Origin: Ilumatobacteraceae bacterium
GTDB lineage: Bacteria; Actinomycetota; Acidimicrobiia; Acidimicrobiales; Ilumatobacteraceae
Direction of reading: 5' to 3'
Assembly: GCA_039916865.1 (NCBI GenBank)
Contig: JBDSKN010000015.1
Coordinates: 6,225 to 70,224 of the forward strand
DNA: 64,000 bases
Positions 29,650 through 39,546 of this stretch are shown piece by piece. A program made the translations under genes and the position numbers. Each line of letters begins with the position of its first letter. Position 1 is the first letter of the stretch. The notes under the pieces were generated by a model. The model saw only the letters and a program-made list of their open reading frames with translations. It searched no databases and was not told where the DNA came from.

Positions 29650-31383
29650 ATGAGTGATATGAGCGCAGGGGCGCCCAGCCCCGAGCAGCCATCGATGATC
29701 CCGCAGGTTGCCCCAAGCGAGAGTGAAATTGCGACACGCAAACGGCGTCGCGGACATCGTGGCGGAAGCAACCGAAATCGCTCGAACCCGATCGAGCTAC
29801 CAGATCCGCCGAAAGAGGCCAAAATGTACAACCTAGAAGCCGGGGCAGATGCACTTGTGCGCAAGCCCCAAATCGGGGACACACGTCCTGCCCCTGCAAT
29901 CCAAGTATTGCCAAATGCGACTCCGACGCCATCGGTTCACAATGGCGATCAGCCCTCTGGTTCGCGCGCCAAGCCGAAAGTTCGGCGTGGAAATCGACGA
30001 GGTGGTCGAAATCGTCGTGGTCGGGCCGAGCGCACCGATAACGAAAGTGTTTCAACCAACACGGACGCCGATCTCATTGAGCGTCGTCGTGGGAAAGAAC
30101 GCAACGGTCGGCCTCTCGGGCGATATTTCATGTGTGTGCAAGTGCGCCCGGAGTTTACGCAGGTGGCAATGCTGGAGGGGCGAAGCCTCATCGAACACTA
30201 TGTAAGTCGTCCAGCAGACGATGACGAGCAAATTCACGGAAATATCTACCTGGGGCGTGTGCAAAACGTATTGCCGGGGATGGAAGCAGCTTTTGTCGAC
30301 ATCGGGACTCCCAAGAATGCGGTGCTTTATCGCGGAGATGTGCAGTTCGACAAGGAAGACGTTGTCGAGCAAGGACCCGATCCTCGAATCGAGCAAGTTC
30401 TAAAGGCACGTCAACTCATTTTATGTCAGGTCACCAAAAATCCGATTGGGGCCAAGGGCGGCAGGTTGACTCAAGAGGTTTCCCTGCCCGGAAGATTTGT
30501 CGTGTTGATTCCAGACTCGCGAACGTATGGAATTTCTAAGCGACTTCCCGACAACGAGCGACGTCGACTCCGGGCGATTCTTGACCGAATTAAACCGGAG
30601 GAACACGGAATTATTGTTCGCACCGCATCTGTCCATGCCACAGAGCACGAACTTGACACCGATCTGAAACGATTGCTTGCCCAGTGGGAAGTCATCAAGG
30701 AAAAGGCAAAGAAGGCCAATTCGCCGACTTTGTTATACCGCGAACCACCATTGGCCGTTCGTGTGATTCGCGAAGAATTCAGTAGCGACTATCGCGGGGT
30801 GACCATAGACGACGAGGCTTTGTACATCGAAGTTCGCGACTACATCCAGGCGTTCAATCCCGAGTTTGCAGATCGCGTCGAGTTTTACGATGCTGCCAAA
30901 GTCGGACTCCCGATGTTCGAGCACTATCGGGTGCACGAACAGTTGCGCAAAGCATTGGAACCAAAGGTTTGGCTGCCTTCGGGAGGTTCCCTGATTATTG
31001 AGCACACCGAGGCACTCACCGTTATCGATGTGAACACGGGCAAGAATGTCGGAAAATCGAATCTTGAAGAAACGGTGTACCACAACAACTTGGAGGCCGC
31101 CGACGAAATTGCTCGGCAATTGCGCCTTCGAGACATAGGCGGCATTATCGTCATCGACTTCATTGACATGGAAATCCGCGAAAATCGACGCAAAGTGCTC
31201 GATGCCTTCCGCGACGCATTGGGTCGTGACAAAACTCGTACCCAGGTCTTCGAGATCTCCGACCTGGGGTTGGTCGAGATGACGCGAAAGCGGATCGGGG
31301 AGGGTTTGCTGACCAGTTTCACCGACATCTGTGAAACATGCGAGGGTCGCGGTGTCCTGATGGACCTGTCGATGCTCGACTAG
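29650..31383 (+). CDS. rne: Rne/Rng-family endoribonuclease with an Arg-rich N-terminal extension
   Basis: S1 domain GNIYLGRVQNVLPGMEAAFVDIG and catalytic core (LTVIDVNTGK, GGIIVIDFIDM). The N-terminal ~150 aa are low complexity and R/G/N-rich. Confidence 0.9.
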   Translation: MSDMSAGAPSPEQPSMIPQVAPSESEIATRKRRRGHRGGSNRNRSNPIELPDPPKEAKMYNLEAGADALVRKPQIGDTRPAPAIQVLPNATPTPSVHNGDQPSGSRAKPKVRRGNRRGGRNRRGRAERTDNESVSTNTDADLIERRRGKERNGRPLGRYFMCVQVRPEFTQVAMLEGRSLIEHYVSRPADDDEQIHGNIYLGRVQNVLPGMEAAFVDIGTPKNAVLYRGDVQFDKEDVVEQGPDPRIEQVLKARQLILCQVTKNPIGAKGGRLTQEVSLPGRFVVLIPDSRTYGISKRLPDNERRRLRAILDRIKPEEHGIIVRTASVHATEHELDTDLKRLLAQWEVIKEKAKKANSPTLLYREPPLAVRVIREEFSSDYRGVTIDDEALYIEVRDYIQAFNPEFADRVEFYDAAKVGLPMFEHYRVHEQLRKALEPKVWLPSGGSLIIEHTEALTVIDVNTGKNVGKSNLEETVYHNNLEAADEIARQLRLRDIGGIIVIDFIDMEIRENRRKVLDAFRDALGRDKTRTQVFEISDLGLVEMTRKRIGEGLLTSFTDICETCEGRGVLMDLSMLD

Positions 31384-31446
31384 ATTTCGTTGCCGTATCA
31401 TTTAATAGCCCAATTTGACTACTCACCGATAGGATAAGAAACCGTT

Positions 31447-31758
31447 ATGTACGCAGTGATTGCAACAGGTGGCAAGCAAGAGAAGGTCTCCAAGGGTCAA
31501 CAGGTCCAAGTTGAGCTTCTAGATATTGCCGAAGGTGCCGTGGTTCGCTTTACCCCGGTGCTTGTTGTCGACGGATCGAGCGTGCTTTCAACTCCGGATC
31601 AGTTATCTAAGTCTTCGGTTACCGCCAAAGTAGTCGGCAAGGCGGCGGGACCAAAGATCGATGGATTTACCTACAAGAACAAAACGAATCAGCGTCGTCG
31701 TTTTGGTCATCGTCAGAAGTATTCGGTAATCGAAATTACCGACATCGCGAAAGGCTAA
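31447..31758 (+). CDS. rplU: 50S ribosomal protein L21
   Basis: MYAVIATGGKQEKVSKGQ... and KNKTNQRRRFGHRQ. Confidence 0.95.
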   Translation: MYAVIATGGKQEKVSKGQQVQVELLDIAEGAVVRFTPVLVVDGSSVLSTPDQLSKSSVTAKVVGKAAGPKIDGFTYKNKTNQRRRFGHRQKYSVIEITDIAKG

Positions 31759-31761
31759 TTG

Positions 31762-32016
31762 ATGTCAAAGACAAAGGGCGGCGGCTCAACACGCAATGGT
31801 CGCGACTCCAACGCGCAGCGATTGGGGGTCAAGGTATTCGACGGAACGTTAATCACCGCGGGCACGATCCTGATTCGTCAGCGCGGCACAAAGGTGCATC
31901 CCGGAAATAATGTTGGCATCGGCAAAGACGACACTTTATTTGCTCTGGCCGCCGGGAACGTAAAATTTGGTGAACGTCGTGGCCGTAGGGTCGTCGATGT
32001 TGTGGCGCCTAGCTAA
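31762..32016 (+). CDS. rpmA: 50S ribosomal protein L27
   Basis: [24 protein letters not shown]...[15 protein letters not shown]. The ORF track starts one codon earlier, at TTG 31759. Confidence 0.95.
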   Translation: MSKTKGGGSTRNGRDSNAQRLGVKVFDGTLITAGTILIRQRGTKVHPGNNVGIGKDDTLFALAAGNVKFGERRGRRVVDVVAPS

Positions 32017-32028
32017 CTGCGAATCAAG

Positions 32029-33213
32029 TTAGTTCGTATCGATTCCCTGCGGGAGTTGCGAGTCGTTCCAGCCGAGTAGGGCAACCCCTTGTCGGCAAGC
32101 AAAGCGATCGGTCATTCCGCCCACGTATGCCACGGCATCGTGGACTATGTCGTGACCCAAGGTTTGCGCTTCGCCTGTTTCTCCAATTAAGTGGGGATGC
32201 TTGATGTAGTGCTCGACTAGGGCTCGCAGCAGGCTGATCACGGTCGATGCTTGATTTCTTGATGCCTCACGCATATAGATTTTTTCATAGTTAAACTTTC
32301 GAAACTGCGCCAGCGCATCTGCAGTGCTAGGTGCCATACCGATGAAGCCGGTAGAGGCTGTGGCAGCAATCACCGCTGAAATGAATGATCGCAATTGGCT
32401 GCTGCGACTAATTCCGCACTGCAACCTAATTTCGGAGGGTAACTGTTCGGGTGAGACGATGCCAGCCGCTGCCGCATCTTCGAAGTCGTGGCAGACATAG
32501 GCGATACGATCCGCCCATGAGACGACTTCGCCCTCCGGCGTACTGGGAGCGGGTCGAGACCAGGAATGATTGCGTATTCCGTCCAATGTTTCAGCGCACA
32601 AATTGAGCGATGAAAGTGTGACATCGGCACCCCACACGGCATGATCGAATCCGTTTTTAACAAATTGAGATAGCGCGTCTTCGCTGGCATGTCCGCCGGG
32701 CCCATGGCCGCAGTCGTGACCAAGCGCAATTGCCTCGGTGAGCGAAACATTGAGACCAAGCGAGCGCGACAATGCGGTTGCAACTTGGGCAACTTCTAAG
32801 GCATGAGTAAGACGGGTGCGTTGATGATCTTGTGGGAAAACGAAAACCTGCGTCTTACCGGCGAGGCGACGAAATGCCGCGGCATGCAAAATGCGATCGC
32901 GATCACGCTCGAAACAAGTGCGGAAGGGGTCCGGTTCTTCATCTTGGGCACGGTTGCCGGATGCAAATGAGCGGGTGGCAAGTGGCGAGAGGTGATTTTC
33001 CTCGGATTCTTCCCGTCGAGCCCGATCGATGAGGTGCGTCGCGCCGGGGCCAGCCCAAGAGTCTTGATGCGCGAGTCGAATTTCGGATTCGCTGTCATTT
33101 CCGTGCATCGTTTCGGCCCAAGATTCGATTCGAGAATGCACTTGGCGATCACCCATGGCATCACGATACGTGGAGCGTGAGGTGCAGTGCGGGCAGTATC
33201 CTGAAAAATCCAT
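32029..33213 (-). CDS. dgt: dGTP triphosphohydrolase-like HD-domain protein
   Basis: FERDRDRILHAAAFRRLAGKTQV, RTRLTHALEVAQVA, and HDCGHGPGGHASE (HD motif). Start is uncertain: ATG 33213 abuts the obg ATG, and ATG 33156 or 33108 are alternatives. The ORF-track start 33483 overlaps obg and is rejected. Confidence 0.8.
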   Translation of the reverse strand: MDFSGYCPHCTSRSTYRDAMGDRQVHSRIESWAETMHGNDSESEIRLAHQDSWAGPGATHLIDRARREESEENHLSPLATRSFASGNRAQDEEPDPFRTCFERDRDRILHAAAFRRLAGKTQVFVFPQDHQRTRLTHALEVAQVATALSRSLGLNVSLTEAIALGHDCGHGPGGHASEDALSQFVKNGFDHAVWGADVTLSSLNLCAETLDGIRNHSWSRPAPSTPEGEVVSWADRIAYVCHDFEDAAAAGIVSPEQLPSEIRLQCGISRSSQLRSFISAVIAATASTGFIGMAPSTADALAQFRKFNYEKIYMREASRNQASTVISLLRALVEHYIKHPHLIGETGEAQTLGHDIVHDAVAYVGGMTDRFACRQGVALLGWNDSQLPQGIDTN

Positions 33214-34464
33214 ATGAGCGTTTTTGTTGATGAAGCCCAACTCAATGTTCTCGGTGGCGACGGTGGAGCTGGCTGCGTAAGTTTTCGGCGGGAGGGCCCG
33301 GTTGCATTTGGCGGCCCCAATGGAGGCGACGGCGGCAACGGTGGTTCGGTGTGGCTTGTGGCTGATCACAATGTCGCCTCGCTGCTGGCATTCAGGGATC
33401 ATCCCCATCGGCGTGCAAGCGACGGTGTCCACGGTATGGGCAAGGACCTGCACGGCCGACGGGGCAAAGATCTCGAGATTCATGTGCCGGAGGGGACAGT
33501 TGTCAAGGACATGTACACGGCAGAGACTCTCGCGGATCTACCGGTTCACGGTTCAAGATGGTTATGCGCCCCGGGTGGTCAAGGTGGACGAGGAAACGCG
33601 CGTTTCTTATCGAACCGTCGTCGGGCGCCAAAGTTCGCCGAGCAAGGCGAACACGGGCTGGAACGATGGCTAAAATTGGAACTGAAACTAATGGCCGATG
33701 TAGCACTGGTCGGGTTCCCCAATTCGGGCAAAAGTACCTTCATCAGCGCGGTTTCGGCGGCTAAGCCCAAAATCGCCAACTACCCGTTCACCACACTTGA
33801 GCCACATCTCGGAGTTGTCCGACTTGACAACACAACCGAATTCATACTCGCCGATATTCCTGGAATCATCGAAGGTGCGAGTGACGGCAAGGGTTTAGGT
33901 CATCAATTCCTTCGTCACATTGAACGAGCCCGAGTGCTGTGCGTATTGCTTGACCTGGCACCGATGGATGGAATTTCGGCGACGCGCCAGCTCGAGATTT
34001 TGTTGCATGAATTGCAGGCGTATAAACCAGAGCTGCTCGATCGTCCGCGATTGATTGTCGGGACAAAGGTTGATGCAGCCGATCCACAATTGAACTCAGA
34101 TTGGTCCGGAGATCGAATTTCGGCCGTCACCGGCGATGGGGTGCGACCGGTGCTTGGAAAATTGGCCGAGTTGGTCAAACAAGCGCGCCAAAGCGAGCCT
34201 CCGCTTCAGTCTCCGGTCGTTATTCGACCAGAGCCAGAAGGAACCCATGTGGAGAGAATTGCCGACAATGAGTTTCGACTTAAGGGCCGTGCAGTAGAGC
34301 GGGCCGTGGCATTAAACGACGTGCATACTCCCGACGCACTCAACTACATCGATGAGAGATTGAAAAATTTGGGTGTCCCGCGATTGCTCGTGCGAGCCGG
34401 GGCAGGGGACGGTGCCGTTGTCTGGATAGGTGAATTCAGCTTTGACTATGTGCCGGAGCAGTAA
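33214..34464 (+). CDS. obg: GTPase Obg/CgtA
   Basis: MSVFVDEAQLNVLGGDGGAGCVSFRRE (Obg fold), G1 GFPNSGKST, G3 DIPG, and a TGS-less actinobacterial-type C-terminus. Confidence 0.95.
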   Translation: MSVFVDEAQLNVLGGDGGAGCVSFRREGPVAFGGPNGGDGGNGGSVWLVADHNVASLLAFRDHPHRRASDGVHGMGKDLHGRRGKDLEIHVPEGTVVKDMYTAETLADLPVHGSRWLCAPGGQGGRGNARFLSNRRRAPKFAEQGEHGLERWLKLELKLMADVALVGFPNSGKSTFISAVSAAKPKIANYPFTTLEPHLGVVRLDNTTEFILADIPGIIEGASDGKGLGHQFLRHIERARVLCVLLDLAPMDGISATRQLEILLHELQAYKPELLDRPRLIVGTKVDAADPQLNSDWSGDRISAVTGDGVRPVLGKLAELVKQARQSEPPLQSPVVIRPEPEGTHVERIADNEFRLKGRAVERAVALNDVHTPDALNYIDERLKNLGVPRLLVRAGAGDGAVVWIGEFSFDYVPEQ

Positions 34465-34466
34465 CC

Positions 34467-35558
34467 ATGCGCATAGTCGTAAAAATTGGTACTTCATCGG
34501 TAACCGATGTGGACGGCCGAATTCAGCAATCGACGATTGCCGATCTCTGTCGACAGGTTGCACAATTGCGCGGGGACGGGCACGAAGTTCTAATCGTTAG
34601 CTCAGGAGCAGTTGCCGGAGGGGTTGCCGCCCTCGGAATGACACAGCGGCCAAGCGACACCCTCACGCTGCAAGCGTTGGCCGCCGTCGGGCAAAGCCGT
34701 CTGATGCAGGAATACAATCAGCAACTTCACGGGTACGGGCTCGTGGGGGCCCAAGTGTTGCTGGTTCCTAACGACTTCATTAATCGACATCAATACCTGC
34801 ATGCACGCGACACTCTGGGCCGCTTACTCGAACTTGGCTGTGTGCCGGTGATTAATGAAAATGACGCAATCGCTAGTGACGAAATTAGATATGGCGACAA
34901 CGATCGAATCGCCGCTCTGGTCGCACACAATGTTGTTGCCGATGTTCTGATCTTGCTGACCGATATCGCCGGTCTATACACCTCAGATCCAAATATCGAT
35001 CCGGATGCGAAGTTCATCGATCAAGTGAATGCCGACGACCCGCTGCTTTCAGTCAATGCAGGTTCCTCGTCGACGGCTCGGGGCAGTGGAGGTATGGCGT
35101 CCAAATTGGCTGCTGCGCGAATTGCCTCTTGGTCCGGAGTGCGTGCCGTAATTGCCGATGCAAAACGACAAGATGTGCTTGTCCAAGCACTGTCGCAAGT
35201 GAAGGGTGCCGGTACACAATTCCTTCCCCATGACAGACAATTGTCGGCGCGCAAATTATGGATCGCCTTCGCCGCCCATAACGCCGGTGTCATCGTCGTG
35301 GATACGGGTGCCAAAACCGCGCTCACCGAACGAAATACCTCGCTACTTCACGCGGGGGTCATTGAGGTCCACGGAGATTTTGCGGAAGGCGACACCGTCG
35401 AGATCTCCGATGTCGAAGGGCGAGTGTTTGCGCGCGGAATGGTAAGCGTCGACGTCATTCAGGCGAGCGCCGCCGCCGGCTGCCAAAGCAGTGATCTACC
35501 AGAAGGTGTGCCACACGAACTTGTTCACCGCGATGACCTAGTCGTGCTTGTCGATTGA
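34467..35558 (+). CDS. proB: Glutamate 5-kinase
   Basis: RIVVKIGTSSVT, VSSGAVAGG, PVINENDA, and a PUA-like C-terminus (GDTVEI...RGMV). Confidence 0.95.
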   Translation: MRIVVKIGTSSVTDVDGRIQQSTIADLCRQVAQLRGDGHEVLIVSSGAVAGGVAALGMTQRPSDTLTLQALAAVGQSRLMQEYNQQLHGYGLVGAQVLLVPNDFINRHQYLHARDTLGRLLELGCVPVINENDAIASDEIRYGDNDRIAALVAHNVVADVLILLTDIAGLYTSDPNIDPDAKFIDQVNADDPLLSVNAGSSSTARGSGGMASKLAAARIASWSGVRAVIADAKRQDVLVQALSQVKGAGTQFLPHDRQLSARKLWIAFAAHNAGVIVVDTGAKTALTERNTSLLHAGVIEVHGDFAEGDTVEISDVEGRVFARGMVSVDVIQASAAAGCQSSDLPEGVPHELVHRDDLVVLVD

Positions 35559-37160
35559 TGACCTGTCAAATTTCTGAAATCTGAATTTCTGCAGCTCCTC
35601 GACGTTGAAGAGTTTGAGCAATAGCGCATAGCTCAGGCAACCGACAACCACCCCCACGGCTACCTTGAGAATCGCGCCCGCGCCTGCATCGGATCCAAAG
35701 AAACTCGTCGAGATTGCCACGGTCGCGGCCATTAGTCCGGCGGCGAGGCCGATGCCCCAGAGCGAACCAAGTGCGGCGATGAATTTAAATGCTGGAGTCT
35801 TTCTGTGGAGAACAAAGAGGGCTACAACCGCGGAAATTAAATATGCCATTGAAAATGCCAATCCCAGGCCAAGGACTCCATAGCGGCCCACTAGAGCAAA
35901 AGCGAAGACAATATTCAAAGCGTTTTCGCCGAGATTGATGAAGAAAGGGGTGCGGGTGTCGTTTTGGGAATAAAACCCGCGAAGCACAAAGAGATAGAGC
36001 GAAAATCCGATTAGGCCAAGTGATAGTCCGGTAAGTGCCCGGCCCGTGTTGACTCCTGCGACGGCGGTGAAATTGCCGTGCTGCAATACCACTCCGATGA
36101 TTGGTCGGCTCAGCACCAGGAGACCGACGGCGGCCGGAAAGGTGAGCAATGCGGTGAGTCGAATTCCGGAAGTCATTCTCCGGGAGAACCCAGCCGAGTC
36201 GTTTCGAGAGGCCAGTCGTGCCAGATCGGGGAGAAATGTTGTGGCGATCGAAACCGCCAGGAGGCCATGTGGCAATTGAAGAAGAATCATCGCCTTGGCG
36301 TAGGCGTCGACATTTCCGCTGCCCGGTTCGGCGAGGTTCTTGATCACGACTAGTGCAATTTGATTGGCAACCACATAGCCAAATGTCCACAGCGAAAGTC
36401 GGAACAGTTGGCAAACCGCTGGGTGCCGAAAACGTGGCCTGAATCGAAACACGACCCCGCTGCGCCGAACGGCAATGACCATCACCAATGCCATGGCTGC
36501 GACTCCCAAGGTCGACCCAAGGCCGAGTAGCCACTTAAATGCAGAACGGTTCAACACATCGAATAGGGACGGCGGTGAATCGGATGTTGTTAGCGGAAGA
36601 AGAAGTAGAAAACCAATGGTCACACAGTTGGCCAGGACTGGCGACCATGCCGCGGCAAAAAAACGCCGCCGAGCGTTAAGCACGGCCGAAGCCAGCGCAC
36701 TGACTCCGTAAAAAAAGATTTGTAAGAGAAATACGCGGGCAAGCAAAGTACCGGCACGGCGAAATTGCTCGACATCGATATTTGATGCTGGGTTCAGCGA
36801 AAAGACTCGGAATATAAGTGGCGCTGCCAGCACCGCGAGAACTGTGCACGCCACAAGAAATACGAGTGTGACGCTGATAACCGCCTCGCTGGCCTCGTGA
36901 TCTTCATCTTCTAAATACCGAATGAAAAGTGGCACGAGACTCGCCGAAAGGACTCCACCAATGAGCAGTTCATAGACGGCATTCGGGGCGTTATTGGCCG
37001 CATCAAATGCATCCGCGAGTGCAGTTTGACCGATCACGATGCCAAAAACGACAATGCGAATTAATCCAGTCACGCGCGACAACGCGGTTCCAGTTGCAAC
37101 TGTGAAATTGGACCGCATCAAGCCGGGCTCAGGTTGAAGCGATGAACGAAACTCTGACAT
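35538..37160 (-). CDS. murJ: Lipid II flippase MurJ/MviN
   Basis: ATGTALSRVTGLIRIVVFGIVIG...ADAFDAANNAPN, the typical MurJ N-terminus, with about 14 TM segments. Start is ATG 37160 or 37166. Confidence 0.85.
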   Translation of the reverse strand: MSEFRSSLQPEPGLMRSNFTVATGTALSRVTGLIRIVVFGIVIGQTALADAFDAANNAPNAVYELLIGGVLSASLVPLFIRYLEDEDHEASEAVISVTLVFLVACTVLAVLAAPLIFRVFSLNPASNIDVEQFRRAGTLLARVFLLQIFFYGVSALASAVLNARRRFFAAAWSPVLANCVTIGFLLLLPLTTSDSPPSLFDVLNRSAFKWLLGLGSTLGVAAMALVMVIAVRRSGVVFRFRPRFRHPAVCQLFRLSLWTFGYVVANQIALVVIKNLAEPGSGNVDAYAKAMILLQLPHGLLAVSIATTFLPDLARLASRNDSAGFSRRMTSGIRLTALLTFPAAVGLLVLSRPIIGVVLQHGNFTAVAGVNTGRALTGLSLGLIGFSLYLFVLRGFYSQNDTRTPFFINLGENALNIVFAFALVGRYGVLGLGLAFSMAYLISAVVALFVLHRKTPAFKFIAALGSLWGIGLAAGLMAATVAISTSFFGSDAGAGAILKVAVGVVVGCLSYALLLKLFNVEELQKFRFQKFDRSSIDKHD

Positions 37161-37224
37161 GTTCATCTCTATCGTACGCTGTTCGGTAGATATCAATGTC
37201 ACATCGAACGCTAGAGTTGCACCG

Positions 37225-38091
37225 ATGGGAACACGCTTTGAATCAGTGCAAACTGTTCGCGACGGGCTAAAGGCGGTCCATTACCTTGCCGACGAGGGAA
37301 TTGCCGGCGTCGTATTTCTCGCTCAGCGACTTGGCAAACCTGTGCTCGTCGAAGGCCCTGCGGGAACGGGGAAAACTCAACTTGCCAAGAGCGTTGCCGA
37401 ACTCACGGGTTCACGGTTGATTCGATTGCAGTGCTACGAGGGTCTGGACGAGTCAAAGGCCCTGTATGAATGGAATTATAAGAAGCAGCTTCTTCGCATA
37501 CAGGCCGACAAAAATAGTGATGCTTGGTCGGAAGTCCATGACGACATCTTCAGTGAGGAGTTTCTACTCACCAGGCCGTTGCTCGAGGCGATTAGTAGCA
37601 CCGAGCCGGTGGTGCTTCTCATCGACGAAGTCGATCGAGTTGAAGTTGAAACTGAAGCGCTGTTGCTGGAAGTTCTCTCCGAATATCAGGTATCGATTCC
37701 CGAGCTCGGCACGATCATCGCCAAGCAAATACCGATGGTATTTCTTACGTCGAATAACACGCGCGAATTATCGGAAGCACTGAAGCGACGCTGCCTGTAT
37801 TTGCATGTCGACTACCCGGACTTGGAGCGAGAAAAAGAAATCGTTCTTACTAAAGTTCCAGACATTTCGCAAAATCTCGCCGATCAGATCGCCCGAATTG
37901 TCCGCAGCATTCGCCAGTTGGATTTGAAGAAGGCTCCATCGGTTAGCGAGACCCTTGACTGGGCAAGAACTCTGATGTTGCTGGGTATCGAACACATTGA
38001 CGCTCAAGAAGCAAAAGACACCCTCCACGTACTGCTCAAGTACCAGACCGACATCGCCAAGGCGGCCAAGGAATTGTCGGTCGACAAGTGA
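37225..38091 (+). CDS. MoxR-type AAA+ ATPase (CoxD-like)
   Basis: Walker A VEGPAGTGKTQLAK, Walker B LLIDEVDR, and RLQCYEGLDESKALYEWNY. Start trimmed to ATG 37225. Confidence 0.85.
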   Translation: MGTRFESVQTVRDGLKAVHYLADEGIAGVVFLAQRLGKPVLVEGPAGTGKTQLAKSVAELTGSRLIRLQCYEGLDESKALYEWNYKKQLLRIQADKNSDAWSEVHDDIFSEEFLLTRPLLEAISSTEPVVLLIDEVDRVEVETEALLLEVLSEYQVSIPELGTIIAKQIPMVFLTSNNTRELSEALKRRCLYLHVDYPDLEREKEIVLTKVPDISQNLADQIARIVRSIRQLDLKKAPSVSETLDWARTLMLLGIEHIDAQEAKDTLHVLLKYQTDIAKAAKELSVDK

Positions 38092-38106
38092 GATAGGTCC
38101 CCGACC

Positions 38107-39546
38107 GTGCTCGATCTGCTGTCGGGTTTCATTGTTGAGTTGCGCAACGCCGGGCTTCCAGTAAGCCTCACCGAAAACCTGGATGCGATGGAGGCTGTCA
38201 AGGAGATTCCGATCGAGGATCGGCAGGCTTTCAAATACGCGCTCGGCGCGACATTGGTCAAAAGCAATTCACACTGGCGCGCCTTTGAAACCATATTTGA
38301 GGTCTATTTCTCATTGCGAGGTGCCGAATACAACCTTTCGGATGATCCAAATGCCACCGATGCCGAACTTTGGCGAGAGGCACAGGAACAGGAGCGAATG
38401 GGCGAAGGAAAGGGATCGGCCGGCGGAGGCATGGATTCGATGACTCCTGAAGAAATCGCCGCGATGTTGATGAGGGCATTGATGCGCGGTGACCAGGCAA
38501 TGATGCGAGCCCTAGCCCGACAATCCGTGCAGCGATTTGCCGGGATGGAGCCCGGTCGTCCAGTTGGCGGCACGTATTACTTGTACCGAACCCTTCGCAA
38601 TCTCGATCTTGACAACATGCTGGAAAAACTTATGCAAGCAAATCGCGATCTTGCTCAGCAGGAACTCACCAAACTCGAGGAACGTTTGGAAAAAGACGAG
38701 TATCAATCGAGGATTGAAAGTTTCAAACAAGAGGTAGAAGCAGAAATTCGGCGAAGACTGGTAGCAGATCGTGGAGCGGAGGCGATGGCCAAGACCCTGC
38801 GCAAACCGCTACCGGAAGATGTTGAATTTATGCACGCCAGTCGCGAAGAAATGCTGAGTTTGAAAAAGGCGTTGTATCCACTTACCCGCAAATTAGCCGC
38901 ACGTCTGACCCGCAAGCGTCGGCATGGACGAAAAGGTCCGCTCGATTTTCGCAACACCATTCGGCACTCGATGGGATATGGCGGGGTGCCCGCAGATCCA
39001 AAGTTCCGATATCCGCGACCGGCAAAGCCAGAGCTAATGGTGGTAGCCGACATTTCTGGCAGCGTCGCCGCGTTCGCCAGATTCACGCTGATGCTTGTAT
39101 ATGCGATTCAAGGCCAGTTTTCGAAGGTGCGGTCATTCGTTTTCATCGATGGTGTCGACGAAGTGACTTCATATTTTAAGGTCACCGAAGACATCGCCGA
39201 GGCGATTCACCGAGTAAATACGGAAGCCGATGTGGTGTGGGTAGATGGTCACAGCGATTACGGCCACGCCTTCGATGTGTTTTGGGAACGGTATGGCAAG
39301 GACATTTCATCAAAGACAACGGTGTTGTTACTTGGCGACGCTCGGAACAACTACCATGCCCCACAATCCTGGGTTGTCAAGGAAATGAAGAAACGCGCCA
39401 GACATGTGTACTGGCTAAACCCCGAACCGCGCTCGTATTGGGATACCGGTGACTCAATTGTTGGTGAGTACGGTGCATTCACAGACGGAGTTTACGAATG
39501 TCGCAATCTGCGACAACTCGAAAGTTTTGTCGAGAAACTTGCATGA
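38107..39546 (+). CDS. VWA domain-containing protein, CoxE-like
   Basis: N-terminus LLSGFIVELRNAGLPVS and a C-terminal VWA fold with MIDAS-like VVADISGSV. Follows the MoxR gene. Confidence 0.8.
   Translation: MLDLLSGFIVELRNAGLPVSLTENLDAMEAVKEIPIEDRQAFKYALGATLVKSNSHWRAFETIFEVYFSLRGAEYNLSDDPNATDAELWREAQEQERMGEGKGSAGGGMDSMTPEEIAAMLMRALMRGDQAMMRALARQSVQRFAGMEPGRPVGGTYYLYRTLRNLDLDNMLEKLMQANRDLAQQELTKLEERLEKDEYQSRIESFKQEVEAEIRRRLVADRGAEAMAKTLRKPLPEDVEFMHASREEMLSLKKALYPLTRKLAARLTRKRRHGRKGPLDFRNTIRHSMGYGGVPADPKFRYPRPAKPELMVVADISGSVAAFARFTLMLVYAIQGQFSKVRSFVFIDGVDEVTSYFKVTEDIAEAIHRVNTEADVVWVDGHSDYGHAFDVFWERYGKDISSKTTVLLLGDARNNYHAPQSWVVKEMKKRARHVYWLNPEPRSYWDTGDSIVGEYGAFTDGVYECRNLRQLESFVEKLA

Noticed and set aside
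32011-32034. Hairpin AGCTAACT-gcgaatca-AGTTAGTT between the convergent rpmA and dgt-like genes, considered as a bidirectional terminator.
   Set aside because: The stem is only 6-8 AT-rich base pairs, there is no flanking U-tract, and it overlaps both stop codons. That is too weak to call an intrinsic terminator.
32029-33213. dGTPase-like gene as an anti-phage nucleotide-depletion defence gene.
   Set aside because: It sits among core genes (rplU-rpmA, obg-proB) with no island features. It has the ordinary Dgt-like HD motifs and is most simply a housekeeping dNTP triphosphohydrolase.
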